Shown here in pieces: positions 48,128 to 58,460 of a stretch of 64,000 nt of DNA. Within the stretch, counting starts at the first letter, position 1, and each line of letters opens with the position of its first letter. The notes beneath the pieces are model-generated. The model saw nothing but the letters and a program-made list of their open reading frames with translations, did not search any database and was not told where the DNA came from. Position numbers and translations under genes: made by a program. The stretch covers positions 4,065 to 68,064 of the forward strand of contig CANGXP010000001.1 in assembly GCA_947457935.1 (NCBI GenBank), written 5' to 3'. Source of the DNA: Alphaproteobacteria bacterium (GTDB lineage: Bacteria > Pseudomonadota > Alphaproteobacteria > JAJTHO01 > CANGXP01).

Positions 48128-49537
48128 TTACACGCTGTAGTACAACTCAAATTCAACAGGGTGCGGGGTTTGCTCTAGACGGTGCACCTCAGACCATTTC
48201 AATTCTAGGTAACCATTGATAAAGTCTTCGCTGAACACATCGCCTTTTCTTAAAAAGGCATTGTCTGCCGCTAGGGCTTCCAACGCTTCACGGAGCGATC
48301 CACACACGGTTGGAACATTTTTCAACTCTTCTGGAGGCAGATCATACAGGTTTTTGTCCATCGCTTCCCCCGGATGGATTTTATTCTGAATACCGTCCAA
48401 CCCCGCCATCAACATGGCTGCAAATGCCAAATACGGGTTTGCCGCAGGATCAGGGAAGCGAATTTCAACGCGCTTGCCTTTGGGGCTTGCCACATACGGA
48501 ATACGGCAAGACGCAGAGCGGTTACGCGAGGAATAGGCAAGCAACACTGGCGCTTCATAGCCCGGAACAAGGCGTTTATAGCTGTTGGTTGTGGGATTGG
48601 TGAACGCGTTAATCGCTTTTGCGTGCTTGATAATCCCGCCGATGTAATACAGCGCGGTTTCAGACAAATCAGCATAGCCATTGCCCGCAAACAACGGTTT
48701 ACCTGCTTTCCAAATAGACTGGTGCACGTGCATCCCTGAACCATTATCGCCATAAATGGGCTTCGGCATGAAGGTTGCAGTCTTTCCGTAAGAATGCGCC
48801 ACATTATGCACCACATACTTGTAAATCTGCATGGTGTCCGCCATTTGCACGAGCGTCCCAAACTTAATCCCTAACTCATGCTGAGCAGGGGCAACTTCGT
48901 GGTGGTGCTTTTCCACTTCCACGCCCATCTCTTCCATGACGGTGACCATTTCCGCACGGAGATCCCCACAAGAATCAACAGGCGCAACGGGGAAATAGCC
49001 GCCTTTTGGCCCTGGGCGATGCCCCATGTTTTTCTCAGGGTATTCACGCCCTGAATTGCTAGGGTTTTCGTCGGAATCCAAGGAGTAGAAGCTATTGGTA
49101 GGAGAAACTTGGAAACGCACATCATCAAACACGAAAAACTCGGCTTCGGGCCCGAAATAGGCGGTATCCCCTGCGCCAGATGATTTGATATACGCTTCTG
49201 CTCTTTTCGCAATGGTGCGCGGATCACGGCCATAACCCTGCCCTGTTGCAGGATCAAGAATATCACAGAACAAAATTAAAGAGGGCTGTGCAGAAAAGGG
49301 ATCCATACGCGCGGTAGTAGGATCGGGCAGCAAAATCATGTCAGATTCGTTGATCGCCTTCCAGCCAGAAATACTGGAGCCGTCAAACATAATTCCATCG
49401 GTAAACACATCATCATTGATAGTGCTAATGTGCTGGGCAGTGTGATGCCACTTGCCTTTGGGATCCGTAAAACGGAAATCAACAAATTTAACATCATGCT
49501 GTTTGAGCATTTCATAGACTTTTTTCACAGCGGACAT
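48128..49537 (-). CDS. glnA: Glutamine synthetase type I
   Basis: [50 protein letters not shown]. Confidence 0.98.
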   Translation of the reverse strand: MSAVKKVYEMLKQHDVKFVDFRFTDPKGKWHHTAQHISTINDDVFTDGIMFDGSSISGWKAINESDMILLPDPTTARMDPFSAQPSLILFCDILDPATGQGYGRDPRTIAKRAEAYIKSSGAGDTAYFGPEAEFFVFDDVRFQVSPTNSFYSLDSDENPSNSGREYPEKNMGHRPGPKGGYFPVAPVDSCGDLRAEMVTVMEEMGVEVEKHHHEVAPAQHELGIKFGTLVQMADTMQIYKYVVHNVAHSYGKTATFMPKPIYGDNGSGMHVHQSIWKAGKPLFAGNGYADLSETALYYIGGIIKHAKAINAFTNPTTNSYKRLVPGYEAPVLLAYSSRNRSASCRIPYVASPKGKRVEIRFPDPAANPYLAFAAMLMAGLDGIQNKIHPGEAMDKNLYDLPPEELKNVPTVCGSLREALEALAADNAFLRKGDVFSEDFINGYLELKWSEVHRLEQTPHPVEFELYYSV

Positions 49538-49585
49538 GACAGGCTCTCTTTTTAAAATGGCTTAGGTTGACTATACATAGCTTCG

Positions 49586-49788
49586 GGAGACGCTTGCAAA
49601 ATTCGCAACGCCGCCAGCGAAAATAGATGTTTGTCGAGAATTCGAGGGGGAGTAAAAAAACAAGTTAATACCTTGTTTTCCCCGAGAATCCGAAGGCGAG
49701 AGCGCAGTGTACTTTTGGGTACATGAGCACCATATCGCAGAAAAACACCATTTGCAGCAAGGATTAGCAGAATTAGGCGAGTGTCTCC
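49586..49788. mobile_element. ~200-bp RPE-like palindromic element between glnB and glnA
   Basis: Ends GGAGACGCTTGC / GCGAGTGTCTCC pair; core GCAGTGTAC-TTTTGG-GTACATGAG matches the core of the 130-bp MITE and Rickettsia palindromic elements. Confidence 0.65.
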
Positions 49789-49975
49789 TTTGATAGGATA
49801 GGTTTTTTGGACTGGCAAGCATAATTAAATTTCAAAAAACCACACTTACCAGCAATTAGATAACTTTCTTCGCAGAATCGCCATCAGATACACACTGGAA
49901 ATTTTCGGCTACTATACTAGCCAAAAATCCCTAAGCACTATCACAGGGCAATCCTAGGAGCTTTTAGAAGCATTT

Positions 49976-50356
<381 letters not shown>

Positions 50357-50409
50357 TCAAAATAAATAAGCTGCTTGCGCTGTTTTTGTATGTTCTGTAA
50401 AGTTTCATC

Positions 50410-51594
50410 ATGGATACAGAAAATTTGCAACCAGAAACGCGGTTCGTGCATGAAGGGCGAGCACCACAAGACTATGCAGGCATGGTGAACCCCCCGCTGT
50501 TTCGTGCCTCAACGGTTCTGTTTCCGTCTGTTGCAGCGATGATGGAGGCGGAGAAAAACTGGCACGCCGTCCCTTATTATGGCAGGCATGGCACGCCGTC
50601 CACGTTCGCCTTTGAACAATCCATGGCGGATTTAGAGGGCGGGTATCGTGCGATTGCGGTGAGCAGTGGCACAGCAGCTCTTACCACCGCGATTGCGGCA
50701 TTCGTGAAAGCAGGCGACCATATTCTCACAACCGATGGCGCTTATGCCCCAACGCGCAAATTTTGTGAAAATTTTTTGCAGCGATTTGGTGTGGAGACAA
50801 CCTATTATCCGCCCACGCTTTCTGCCGAGGAACTTGCACCGCTTATTCGCCCGAACACAAAAGTATTGTTTTTGGAAAGTCCGAGTTCGCTGACAATGGA
50901 AATGCAAGATGTGCCTGCGCTCTGTGCCCTTGCCAAGCAGCATAAAATTACCACTATCTTGGATAATACATGGTCAACGCCGCTGCATTGCAAAGCATTT
51001 GCGCTAGGCGTTGATGTGTCTGTGCATTCTGCAACGAAGTATATTCTGGGGCATTCTGATGCCATGCTGGGCGTGATTACCACCACCGAAAACACCTATC
51101 TGCGCGTCAAACAAGCCGCTGCCTTGTTCGGACACCATGCTGCCCCCGAAGAAATTTATCTTGCCCAACGGGGCTTGCGTACGCTGCCCGTGCGCCTAAA
51201 ACAACAGGCAGAAACTGCATTTACCTTGATGACATGGATCTCCCAACGGGCAGAAGTGGCGCAAATTCTCTCACCCTCATGGCAGGAGGATGTGGGTTTT
51301 GCGCTCTGGCAACGCGATTGCACAGGGGGCGCGGGATTATTCTCCTTTGCGCTCCAGCCACAGTATACACAACAGCATTGCCACGCCTTTATTGATGCGC
51401 TCCAGCTTTTTGGGATTGGTTTTAGTTGGGGTGGCTATGAAAGCCTTGCACTGCCTGTAAATTTACAGGGAATTCGCGCCAATACTGCCTATCCCGATAA
51501 TCAACGGATTCGCCTGAGCATGGGCTTAGAAAATGCTATTGACCTACAACACGATTTAGAAAAAGGCTTTGCCGCACTCAATGCCCTATCCTGA
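50410..51594 (+). CDS. metC: Cystathionine beta-lyase
   Basis: VNPPLFRASTVLF, YGRHGTP, LESPSS, DNTW, SATKYILGHSD, GFSWGGYESL. Confidence 0.9.
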   Translation: MDTENLQPETRFVHEGRAPQDYAGMVNPPLFRASTVLFPSVAAMMEAEKNWHAVPYYGRHGTPSTFAFEQSMADLEGGYRAIAVSSGTAALTTAIAAFVKAGDHILTTDGAYAPTRKFCENFLQRFGVETTYYPPTLSAEELAPLIRPNTKVLFLESPSSLTMEMQDVPALCALAKQHKITTILDNTWSTPLHCKAFALGVDVSVHSATKYILGHSDAMLGVITTTENTYLRVKQAAALFGHHAAPEEIYLAQRGLRTLPVRLKQQAETAFTLMTWISQRAEVAQILSPSWQEDVGFALWQRDCTGGAGLFSFALQPQYTQQHCHAFIDALQLFGIGFSWGGYESLALPVNLQGIRANTAYPDNQRIRLSMGLENAIDLQHDLEKGFAALNALS

Positions 51595-51985
51595 CCCCGT
51601 TATCCGTGCTTTGTTAGAAAAAATCACCTTCACAAGGGATGGCTTGGTGTGCGCGATTGCGCAAGATGGGGAAACACATGAAATTCTGATGCAAGCATGG
51701 ATGAATGCGGACAGCATTCGTGAGACACTCACCACAGGGCGTGTGTGCTATTGGTCGCGCTCTCGCCAAAAACTGTGGCGCAAGGGGGAAACGTCGGGAC
51801 AACACCAAGAGTTGAGAGAAATGCGTCTTGATTGCGATGGCGATTGTCTCGTGTTGCTCGTGAAACAACACGGCGTTGCATGTCATACGGGGCGGAAAAA
51901 CTGCTTTTTTCATACCGTTAGTGAAACGGGATTGCGTGAAAATGCCCCCGTAATCATCCCGCCAACAACCCTATATGGTGATTGA
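51581..51985 (+). CDS. hisI: Phosphoribosyl-AMP cyclohydrolase
   Basis: YWSRSRQKLWRKGETSG, DCDGD, ACHTGRKNCFF. Confidence 0.94.
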   Translation: MPYPDPVIRALLEKITFTRDGLVCAIAQDGETHEILMQAWMNADSIRETLTTGRVCYWSRSRQKLWRKGETSGQHQELREMRLDCDGDCLVLLVKQHGVACHTGRKNCFFHTVSETGLRENAPVIIPPTTLYGD

Positions 51986-52025
51986 ATAAAAATATTTTCT
52001 CTTTTTTCGCGAAAAACATCACGCA

Positions 52026-52041
52026 TGTGATTTTAATCACA
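52026..52041. promoter_or_regulatory. Perfect CRP-family palindrome TGTGA-N6-TCACA
   Basis: TGTGA TTTTAA TCACA in the hisI-rluC intergenic region. Confidence 0.45.
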
Positions 52042-52174
52042 GACACAGAATGGTTAATTTAGTATCAACTACTCATCGTACTCTCCTTAAGCACTCGACC
52101 GAATCTTTTATGAGTGAGGAATTTTCCTCGTTGATAAAAGGTTCGGTCTTTTTTTGTGCATAAAAATAAAATGC

Positions 52175-52197
52175 TTGACAATATATATATATATTAA
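52175..52197 (+). promoter_or_regulatory. TTGACA followed by an (AT)7 tract: putative promoter with a microsatellite spacer
   Basis: TTGACA ATATATATATATAT TAA upstream of an ORF with AAAGGAGG; parallels 43437. Confidence 0.45.
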
Positions 52198-52270
52198 ACA
52201 CGAATGGCACACATTTTCTTGAGCCCCGAGATCAAGAATACTATCATCCAAACATCTAAAGGAGGATGTT

Positions 52271-52402
52271 ATGAACGATGTTATGAACAAAAAAAACAAA
52301 GATTCGTGCCCCTGCGGGCGGCGGACCTATGACCCGGGCTTACGCCCCCACTGCGATAAATGCCCTCTCATTCCCAAGAATGGGAAGGGGGATAAAACCT
52401 AA
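52271..52402 (+). CDS. Small Cys-rich protein (43 aa), putative metal-binding; not in the ORF track
   Basis: MNDVMNKKNKDSCPCGRRTYDPGLRPHCDKCPLIPKNGKGDKT; RBS AAAGGAGG 5 nt upstream, terminator directly after. Confidence 0.6.
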   Translation: MNDVMNKKNKDSCPCGRRTYDPGLRPHCDKCPLIPKNGKGDKT

Positions 52403-52410
52403 CTCTCCCT

Positions 52411-52447
52411 AAAACTCTCCGCCAACTCGGCTCTGGCGGGGAGTTTT
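52411..52447. terminator. Bidirectional Rho-independent terminator
   Basis: AAAACTCTCCGCCA-loop-TGGCGGGGAGTTTT between convergent genes. Confidence 0.8.
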
Positions 52448-52454
52448 ACGTTCT

Positions 52455-53408
52455 TCAATCTCCTTCGCTCAACGCCAATCCCAAAAATTTCCACGTTGCC
52501 ACCATATGCGGTGGCAGGGGCGCAATAAACGTCATTTTTTTGTTTGTTTTGGGATGGACGATCGACATCTGGCGGCAATGCAGATGGAGCTGATCGGCAA
52601 TATCGTCTCCTTGGATAAAATCTTTCCGCTCGCTATATTTATCATCGCCTTGAATAGGCGTGCCCAATGCCGCGCAATGCACCCGCAACTGGTGGGTACG
52701 CCCTTCTTGTGGTCGTAACTCAAGCCATGCGGCTTGTTTAAAGACTTTGCTAATAATCCGATAGTCGGTGCGGGCTTTTTTGCCCTCTTCATCTAGTTGC
52801 ATCACCTCGCCAAACGCACTATTTTTTTTGATAATAGCGGCATCAACGCGCCCCTGCTGCAATTGCGGCACGCCCACCACTAATGCCCAATACACTTTCT
52901 CCATCGTGCGCTGCTTGAAGGCGAGGGCTAAGGCGGCGGCAGCTTCTCGATGCAGCGCTATCAGCAGCACCCCACTCGTTTCTTTATCTAAGCGATGCAC
53001 CAGCTTTGGTTGTATCGGCACAGGCTGATCTTTCGCCCATGCTTTAAGCATGTCATCAAGGTTTTCGTAAATCCCACTCCCCCCCTGCACTGCAAGCCCG
53101 CTGGGCTTATTGAGTACCATCATGTCTGCATCTCGATACAAAATGGATCGTTCTAAGTTTTTTTGTTGCTGTTTGCTAAGGGTATATTCATTGCTTGATT
53201 CAATATCGTTAATCTGCGGTGGCAAGCGCAACTCCACCCCTCCTTCCAGCTTATCACTGGATTTTGCGCGTTTCCCGCCGACGCGAATTTGCCCTGTACG
53301 CAAGAGTTTCTGCACCTGTGCGAAGTTCAAATGCGGAAATTGTTTTAACAAATACCGATCAAGGCGTTGCCCCGATTCTGTTGCGGGGACTGTATGAAAA
53401 AATGCCAT
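52455..53408 (-). CDS. rluC: RluA-family pseudouridine synthase with an S4 domain (RluC-like)
   Basis: QRLDRYL, NKPSGLAVQGG, HRLDKETSG, GRTHQLRVH. Confidence 0.88.
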   Translation of the reverse strand: MAFFHTVPATESGQRLDRYLLKQFPHLNFAQVQKLLRTGQIRVGGKRAKSSDKLEGGVELRLPPQINDIESSNEYTLSKQQQKNLERSILYRDADMMVLNKPSGLAVQGGSGIYENLDDMLKAWAKDQPVPIQPKLVHRLDKETSGVLLIALHREAAAALALAFKQRTMEKVYWALVVGVPQLQQGRVDAAIIKKNSAFGEVMQLDEEGKKARTDYRIISKVFKQAAWLELRPQEGRTHQLRVHCAALGTPIQGDDKYSERKDFIQGDDIADQLHLHCRQMSIVHPKTNKKMTFIAPLPPHMVATWKFLGLALSEGD

Positions 53409-53411
53409 GCT

Positions 53412-53786
53412 TTACCTGAAATACGCGACACAAAACGCCGCCAACCCTATAAAAACCGTACTGAAAATATAGATCATTGCCCAAAACGGCTGCCCTTTTT
53501 CAAGCAATTGTCCTGCCTCTAACGCAAAACTAGAAAAAGTTGTAAAACCACCCAACACCCCTGTTATCATAAAAGCCTTAACGCTAAGTTGATACGACTC
53601 TGACACCAACACAGGAATTTTGCGGGCAACAAGCCCAATACACAGGCATCCTAACACATTGACTGCCATAATAGCGAGGGGAAACGGGTATGATGTCGCG
53701 GGCTTCATCAGCAGTGTCATGGCATAGCGCAAAACAGATCCTAGTGCGCCGCCCAATGCAACCCACAAAATTATAGCCCCACTCAC
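53412..53786 (-). CDS. crcB: Fluoride channel CrcB/FluC
   Basis: GGALGSVLRY, NVLGC, GVLGGFTTFSSF; likely GTG start at 53786. Confidence 0.92.
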   Translation of the reverse strand: MSGAIILWVALGGALGSVLRYAMTLLMKPATSYPFPLAIMAVNVLGCLCIGLVARKIPVLVSESYQLSVKAFMITGVLGGFTTFSSFALEAGQLLEKGQPFWAMIYIFSTVFIGLAAFCVAYFR

Positions 53787-53787
53787 A

Positions 53788-55188
53788 CTAGTTAATCCGA
53801 ATCTGCATCGTCTGCGCCCCACGCTGCACCGCAATTGCCCATCGCGTTATATTCCTCTGTAAAAGTTTCTGTAGTTGCTTAACGGACGTAACCGTCTCCC
53901 CATTAATGGAAAGTACCCTATCTGCCGCCCGCAAGCCAAATCGCGCCGCAAACGAGCCATCCACTACGCCTGTGACTATCACACCACGACTTTCTTCACT
54001 CAGATTAAATTCTTCCGCGACAGCAGGGTTGATATTCATCACCCGCAGACCTGTAAGCGGCTGATCTCCTGATAATACCGTCTCATCGCGTGCGGGAATC
54101 TCGGCGAGTTTTTCCAAAGTAACGCGAATATTTTTTTCTGAACGATTGCGCCACAAACGGATGTCCACAACGTCCCCCGCAGAGAGCGTCGCAAGGCGGA
54201 ATTTCAGTGTGTCTACATCCTGTAATTCATGCCCATTAAGGCTTAACAGCACATCACCTTCGCGAATATCGGCACGGTCTGCAGGGCTTTTGGCGGTGAC
54301 TTTATTCACCAACACACCGCCTGCTTTGTCAAGCCCCAGTGATTGCGCCAACTCAAACGTAACCGTTTGCCCTGTTGCCCCCAACCACCCGCGATTGGCG
54401 ATGCCGCCTTTTTTCGCTGTCTGCAACACGGCTTGCGCCATGGTTGCGGGAATCGCAAATCCGATACCATTCGATCCGCCTGTTCTGCTGAAAATGGCGG
54501 TGGGAATGCCTATCAACTTGCCGTGCATATCCACCAAGGCACCGCCCGAATTTCCAGGGTTAATGGCGGCATCTGTTTGAATGAAAAATTGATAATCACT
54601 AATGCCCACCGTGGTGCGGGCTAACCCTGAAATAATACCACTTGTCACTGTTTGCCCCACCCCAAAAGGATTGCCGATGGCAAGCACAATATCGCCCACT
54701 TGCACGGTGTCTGAATTGCCAAAAGCAAGGAAGGGGAGACGTTGCCCTGCCGTCTCAATTTTTAAAACCGCTAAATCCCGCTTTTCATCACGGTAGAGCA
54801 CTGATGCTGCAAACTCACGGCTATCCGCTGTTACAACCTTGATGTCTGTTGCCCCCGCCACAACGTGATTATTTGTCATTACCAAACCGTCGCTATCGAC
54901 AATCACACCTGACCCCAACGAGTTTTCAACTCGTTCTCGATACGGCAACATGCTGCTGCCAAAGAAATTTTGCACGAACGGATCATTAAACAAGGTTGCT
55001 TGCTGCCGCACCACACGACGGGTGTAGATATTCACCACCGCAGGGGTAACTTGTTTGACAATCGGCGCATAAGAATACTGCACCTGCTGTTGTGTTACAG
55101 GCACAACGCGCGTCTCTTCAGCAAAAGAAAACCCCGCTAGTAACAGCGGGGTTATCAAAAAAACAAGGAGAGAGAGAACGTATTTCAT
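53788..55188 (-). CDS. degQ: Do/DegQ-family periplasmic serine protease with two PDZ domains
   Basis: SLGSGVI, TNNHVV, IQTDAAINPGNSGGAL; signal peptide from ATG 55188. Confidence 0.92.
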   Translation of the reverse strand: MKYVLSLLVFLITPLLLAGFSFAEETRVVPVTQQQVQYSYAPIVKQVTPAVVNIYTRRVVRQQATLFNDPFVQNFFGSSMLPYRERVENSLGSGVIVDSDGLVMTNNHVVAGATDIKVVTADSREFAASVLYRDEKRDLAVLKIETAGQRLPFLAFGNSDTVQVGDIVLAIGNPFGVGQTVTSGIISGLARTTVGISDYQFFIQTDAAINPGNSGGALVDMHGKLIGIPTAIFSRTGGSNGIGFAIPATMAQAVLQTAKKGGIANRGWLGATGQTVTFELAQSLGLDKAGGVLVNKVTAKSPADRADIREGDVLLSLNGHELQDVDTLKFRLATLSAGDVVDIRLWRNRSEKNIRVTLEKLAEIPARDETVLSGDQPLTGLRVMNINPAVAEEFNLSEESRGVIVTGVVDGSFAARFGLRAADRVLSINGETVTSVKQLQKLLQRNITRWAIAVQRGAQTMQIRIN

Positions 55189-55195
55189 AGTCAAG

Positions 55196-55618
55196 CTACG
55201 CGGCAAGTGCCTGTTCTTCTGTGTTGTGCACGGGACCAGAATCTTTGCCTTTTGCCGTGATATCTCTGTCAACCAATTCAATCATGGCAACGGCCGCAGC
55301 ATCACCCTTACGGAAACCTGCTTTAAGAATGCGTGTATATCCACCAGGGCGTTGCGCATAACGCGGCGCAAGAACGTCCAGCAATTTAGCTGCTGCGGCT
55401 TCATCACCCAGCATCGCAATAAGATAACGACGCGTGTGCAACGTATTATCGCGTGCCTTAGTAATCAACTTTTCGATATACGGACGCAACTCTTTTGCCT
55501 TTGGCAATGTTGTTTTGATTTGCTCGTGTTTTACCAACGCAACAGTGAGATTAGCAAACAACGCCTTACGATGTGTGCTGGTACGGCTCAGTTTACGGCC
55601 TGACATATTGTGACGCAT
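55196..55618 (-). CDS. rplQ: 50S ribosomal protein L17
   Basis: [30 protein letters not shown]. Confidence 0.98.
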   Translation of the reverse strand: MRHNMSGRKLSRTSTHRKALFANLTVALVKHEQIKTTLPKAKELRPYIEKLITKARDNTLHTRRYLIAMLGDEAAAAKLLDVLAPRYAQRPGGYTRILKAGFRKGDAAAVAMIELVDRDITAKGKDSGPVHNTEEQALAA

Positions 55619-55629
55619 AGTATTTATCC

Positions 55630-56646
55630 CTAGTAGGATTCCTCTAATTTCTTTGACAATTCTTCAATGTTTTCTGGCGGCCATTCTGGCACATCCATAC
55701 CTAAATGCAGCCCCATATTGGTCAACACTTCTTTGATTTCATTCAAAGATTTACGCCCAAAGTTAGGGGTGCGGAGCATCTCATTCTCTGATTTCAGCAC
55801 AAGATCGCCAATGTAAACGATGTTATCGTTTTTGAGGCAATTTGCAGAACGAACCGAAAGCTCTAACTCTTCAACTTTACGAAGCAAATTGCGGTTGAAT
55901 GGCAATTCTGCCTTTTCTTCCTTTGCGTATTCAACTTTTGGATCATCGAAGTTCACAAAAAGCTGCATTTGATCTTGCAAAATACGCGCTGCAATGGCAA
56001 CGGCGTCTTCAGGACGCACCGCGCCGTTGCTTTCAATCGTCAAAGACAACTTATCATAATCGGTAACCTGTCCAACACGCGTATTTTCAACTTTGTAAGC
56101 AACACGACGAATAGGACTGAACAGTGCATCAACAGGTATAAGACCAATCGGCGCATCCTCAGGACGATTTTGCGACGCAGGTACATAGCCTTTGCCTACC
56201 CCAACTGTAAACTCTGCTTCTAAGTGCGCGCCCTTATCAAGCGTGCAAATGATGAGGTCAGGATTCTTGATTTCTACATCGTGAGCTGCTTCAATCATAC
56301 CCGCCGTCACAACACAAGGCCCTTTTACAGATAGTGTCAAGCGTTTGGGGTTTTGGCTGTGTGCGAACAACGCAACTTGCTTAATGTTCAGAATGATATT
56401 GGTTACGTCTTCCCGCACCCCTTCAATAGAGGAGAACTCGTGCAATACGTTCTTAAACTTTACAGACGTAATCGCAGCACCTTGAAGAGACGACAACAAC
56501 ACGCGGCGAAGCGCGTTCCCTAATGTTAAACCAAAACCACGCTCAAGCGGTTCTGCAACAACAACAGCAATGTTTTCGTTGTTAGCATCTTGCTCAATAC
56601 GAAGACTTTGTGGCTTAATAAGAACTTGCCAATTTTCTTGCAGCAT
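55630..56646 (-). CDS. rpoA: RNA polymerase alpha subunit
   Basis: [42 protein letters not shown]. Confidence 0.99.
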   Translation of the reverse strand: MLQENWQVLIKPQSLRIEQDANNENIAVVVAEPLERGFGLTLGNALRRVLLSSLQGAAITSVKFKNVLHEFSSIEGVREDVTNIILNIKQVALFAHSQNPKRLTLSVKGPCVVTAGMIEAAHDVEIKNPDLIICTLDKGAHLEAEFTVGVGKGYVPASQNRPEDAPIGLIPVDALFSPIRRVAYKVENTRVGQVTDYDKLSLTIESNGAVRPEDAVAIAARILQDQMQLFVNFDDPKVEYAKEEKAELPFNRNLLRKVEELELSVRSANCLKNDNIVYIGDLVLKSENEMLRTPNFGRKSLNEIKEVLTNMGLHLGMDVPEWPPENIEELSKKLEESY

Positions 56647-56677
56647 AGTGTCAACCTTATGGTTAGAATTTTATAAA

Positions 56678-57079
56678 TTACACGCGACGACGCTTAGGAG
56701 GGCGGCATCCGTTGTGTGGGGTGGGTGTTACATCACGAATAGACGTAATAACCAACCCTATGGCTTGCAATGCTCTTAAAGCAGATTCACGCCCTGAACC
56801 AGGACCTTTAACTTCTACCTCAACGGTTTTCATGCCATGCTCCATCGCAGCACGCCCTGCATTTTCTGCCGCAATCTGCGCTGCATAGGGAGTGGATTTA
56901 CGAGATCCTTTGAACCCTTGCGCTCCAGATGACGACCACGCAACAGCGTTACCTTGCTGGTCACTGATGGTGATGATTGTGTTGTTGAAAGAAGAATTAA
57001 CATGAACAACGCCAAAAACGACATTCTTCTTTTCGCGTTTTTTAACGCGCGTTGCAGCGGATGCTTGAGTCTTAGCCAT
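56678..57079 (-). CDS. rpsK: 30S ribosomal protein S11
   Basis: [27 protein letters not shown]. Confidence 0.99.
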   Translation of the reverse strand: MAKTQASAATRVKKREKKNVVFGVVHVNSSFNNTIITISDQQGNAVAWSSSGAQGFKGSRKSTPYAAQIAAENAGRAAMEHGMKTVEVEVKGPGSGRESALRALQAIGLVITSIRDVTPTPHNGCRPPKRRRV

Positions 57080-57098
57080 AATCTAGTGCCCTACTTCG

Positions 57099-57482
57099 TT
57101 ATTTCTTAGCGTTTGTTTGCTTCTTGCCAGCAATTGCGACCGCCTTACCTTTACGCGTACGCGCATTGGTGTGCGTGCGCTGACCACGAACGGGCAGACG
57201 TTTTCTGTGCCGCAAACCACGGTAGCATCCCAAGTCATTGAGACGCTTAATGTTCATAGACACTTCGCGGCGCAAGTCACCTTCAACAGTGATGTTTTTG
57301 TCGATGTACTCACGAATGCGCAACACTTCTTCTTCTGAAAGCTGATTGATGCGTCGAGCATCTTCAATTTTCAACGCCTTACAAATAGTTGCCGATGTTT
57401 CACGACCAATGCCATGAATATAGGTGAGCGCAATAAGCACTCGCTTGCCTGTCGGGATGTTTACGCCTGCAATACGCGCCAC
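57099..57482 (-). CDS. rpsM: 30S ribosomal protein S13
   Basis: [27 protein letters not shown]. Confidence 0.99.
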   Translation of the reverse strand: MARIAGVNIPTGKRVLIALTYIHGIGRETSATICKALKIEDARRINQLSEEEVLRIREYIDKNITVEGDLRREVSMNIKRLNDLGCYRGLRHRKRLPVRGQRTHTNARTRKGKAVAIAGKKQTNAKK

Positions 57483-57707
57483 GATGAATTCTCCTTACAA
57501 TACCTAACTAATAATGCCGACAGCAACACGCGCGGCAAAACCAGAACGCGCATATTATCGTCTTAAAATTTGTTGTCAACTACTTATAGCGCTACTCATT
57601 TCGATTGATACGGCGTCATGCTTCGACTCATGTAGATTAGCTACACATCATCTTGCATTCCTAGTCTCAATCAAAAGCAGTAACGCTATACATTAACAAC
57701 TTAGTAA

Positions 57708-57837
57708 TATAGTCTTTTCTCTTTAAAACCGTCCGTGCCTGCAAACTTTCTTTAGCGTTGCTATTGTACAAAAGGGTACACGTCGCGCCGCTGCAGTCGT
57801 TTTCGGCTACGGGTGTTTTTGAATTGAAACAACTATT
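57708..57837. mobile_element. ~130-bp palindromic MITE (RPE-like), copy 3, overlapping the adk 3' end
   Basis: Reverse complement shares CGAAAACGACTGCA, GTGTAC-N6-GTACA, AAGTTTGCAGGC and the GACTATA end with 15125-15255. Confidence 0.75.
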
Positions 57838-58460
57838 GTTTCAGTCACCGTATCAATCGCTTGAAGCCCATCCACTGTAACCAAAATTCCTTGCTCTTTA
57901 TAATAGGGCAGCACAGGCTCTGTTTGCTTTGCATATGCTTGCAAACGTGCCTTAACCGTCTCCGCATTATCATCCGCACGACGAACAAAAATTGTATGTC
58001 CACAATTATCGCACACATCCGCAACCGCTGGCTTTTTGAAATCGTCGTGATAGCCATGACCGCACTGTGCACAACTATAACGTCCCGCCACACGCGCAAC
58101 AACAGCTTGCTCATCAACCCGAATTTCTAAAACTTTATCCAGCTTTATCCCCTGCTCTTTTAGCATCACATCTAAAGCAATCGCTTGCTCTCGTGTGCGT
58201 GGGAATCCATCAAGAATAAAGCCCTTTTGACAATCAGCTTGCGCAATACGCTCTTTGATCATCGCAACCATAATCGCATCAGAGACTAACGCGCCAGACT
58301 GCATCACCGCCGCTATCTCTGCACATAACGGCGTACTTCCCTTGCTCGCCATCCGCAGCATATCCCCTGTAGAGAGTTGCTGAATGCCGAATATGTCTTG
58401 AAGGCGTGCTGCTTGCGTACCTTTGCCTGCCCCAGGAGGGCCGAATAATATTAGCCTCAC
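57807..58460 (-). CDS. adk: Adenylate kinase (zinc-lid type)
   Basis: GPPGAGKGTQA, STGDMLR, LDGFPRT, lid CAQC...CDNC. Confidence 0.97.
   Translation of the reverse strand: MRLILFGPPGAGKGTQAARLQDIFGIQQLSTGDMLRMASKGSTPLCAEIAAVMQSGALVSDAIMVAMIKERIAQADCQKGFILDGFPRTREQAIALDVMLKEQGIKLDKVLEIRVDEQAVVARVAGRYSCAQCGHGYHDDFKKPAVADVCDNCGHTIFVRRADDNAETVKARLQAYAKQTEPVLPYYKEQGILVTVDGLQAIDTVTETIVVSIQKHP

Noticed and set aside
49552-49818. 88-aa and 83-aa minus-strand ORFs between glnB and glnA
   Set aside because: They coincide with the RPE-like palindrome, have no family motifs, and are probably chance frames
52205-52219. Possible sigma-54 promoter TGGCAC-ACATT-TTCT
   Set aside because: The -12 element lacks the invariant GC
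52108-52299. 63-aa minus-strand ORF
   Set aside because: Spans the (AT)7 tract and the RBS of the better-supported plus-strand microprotein
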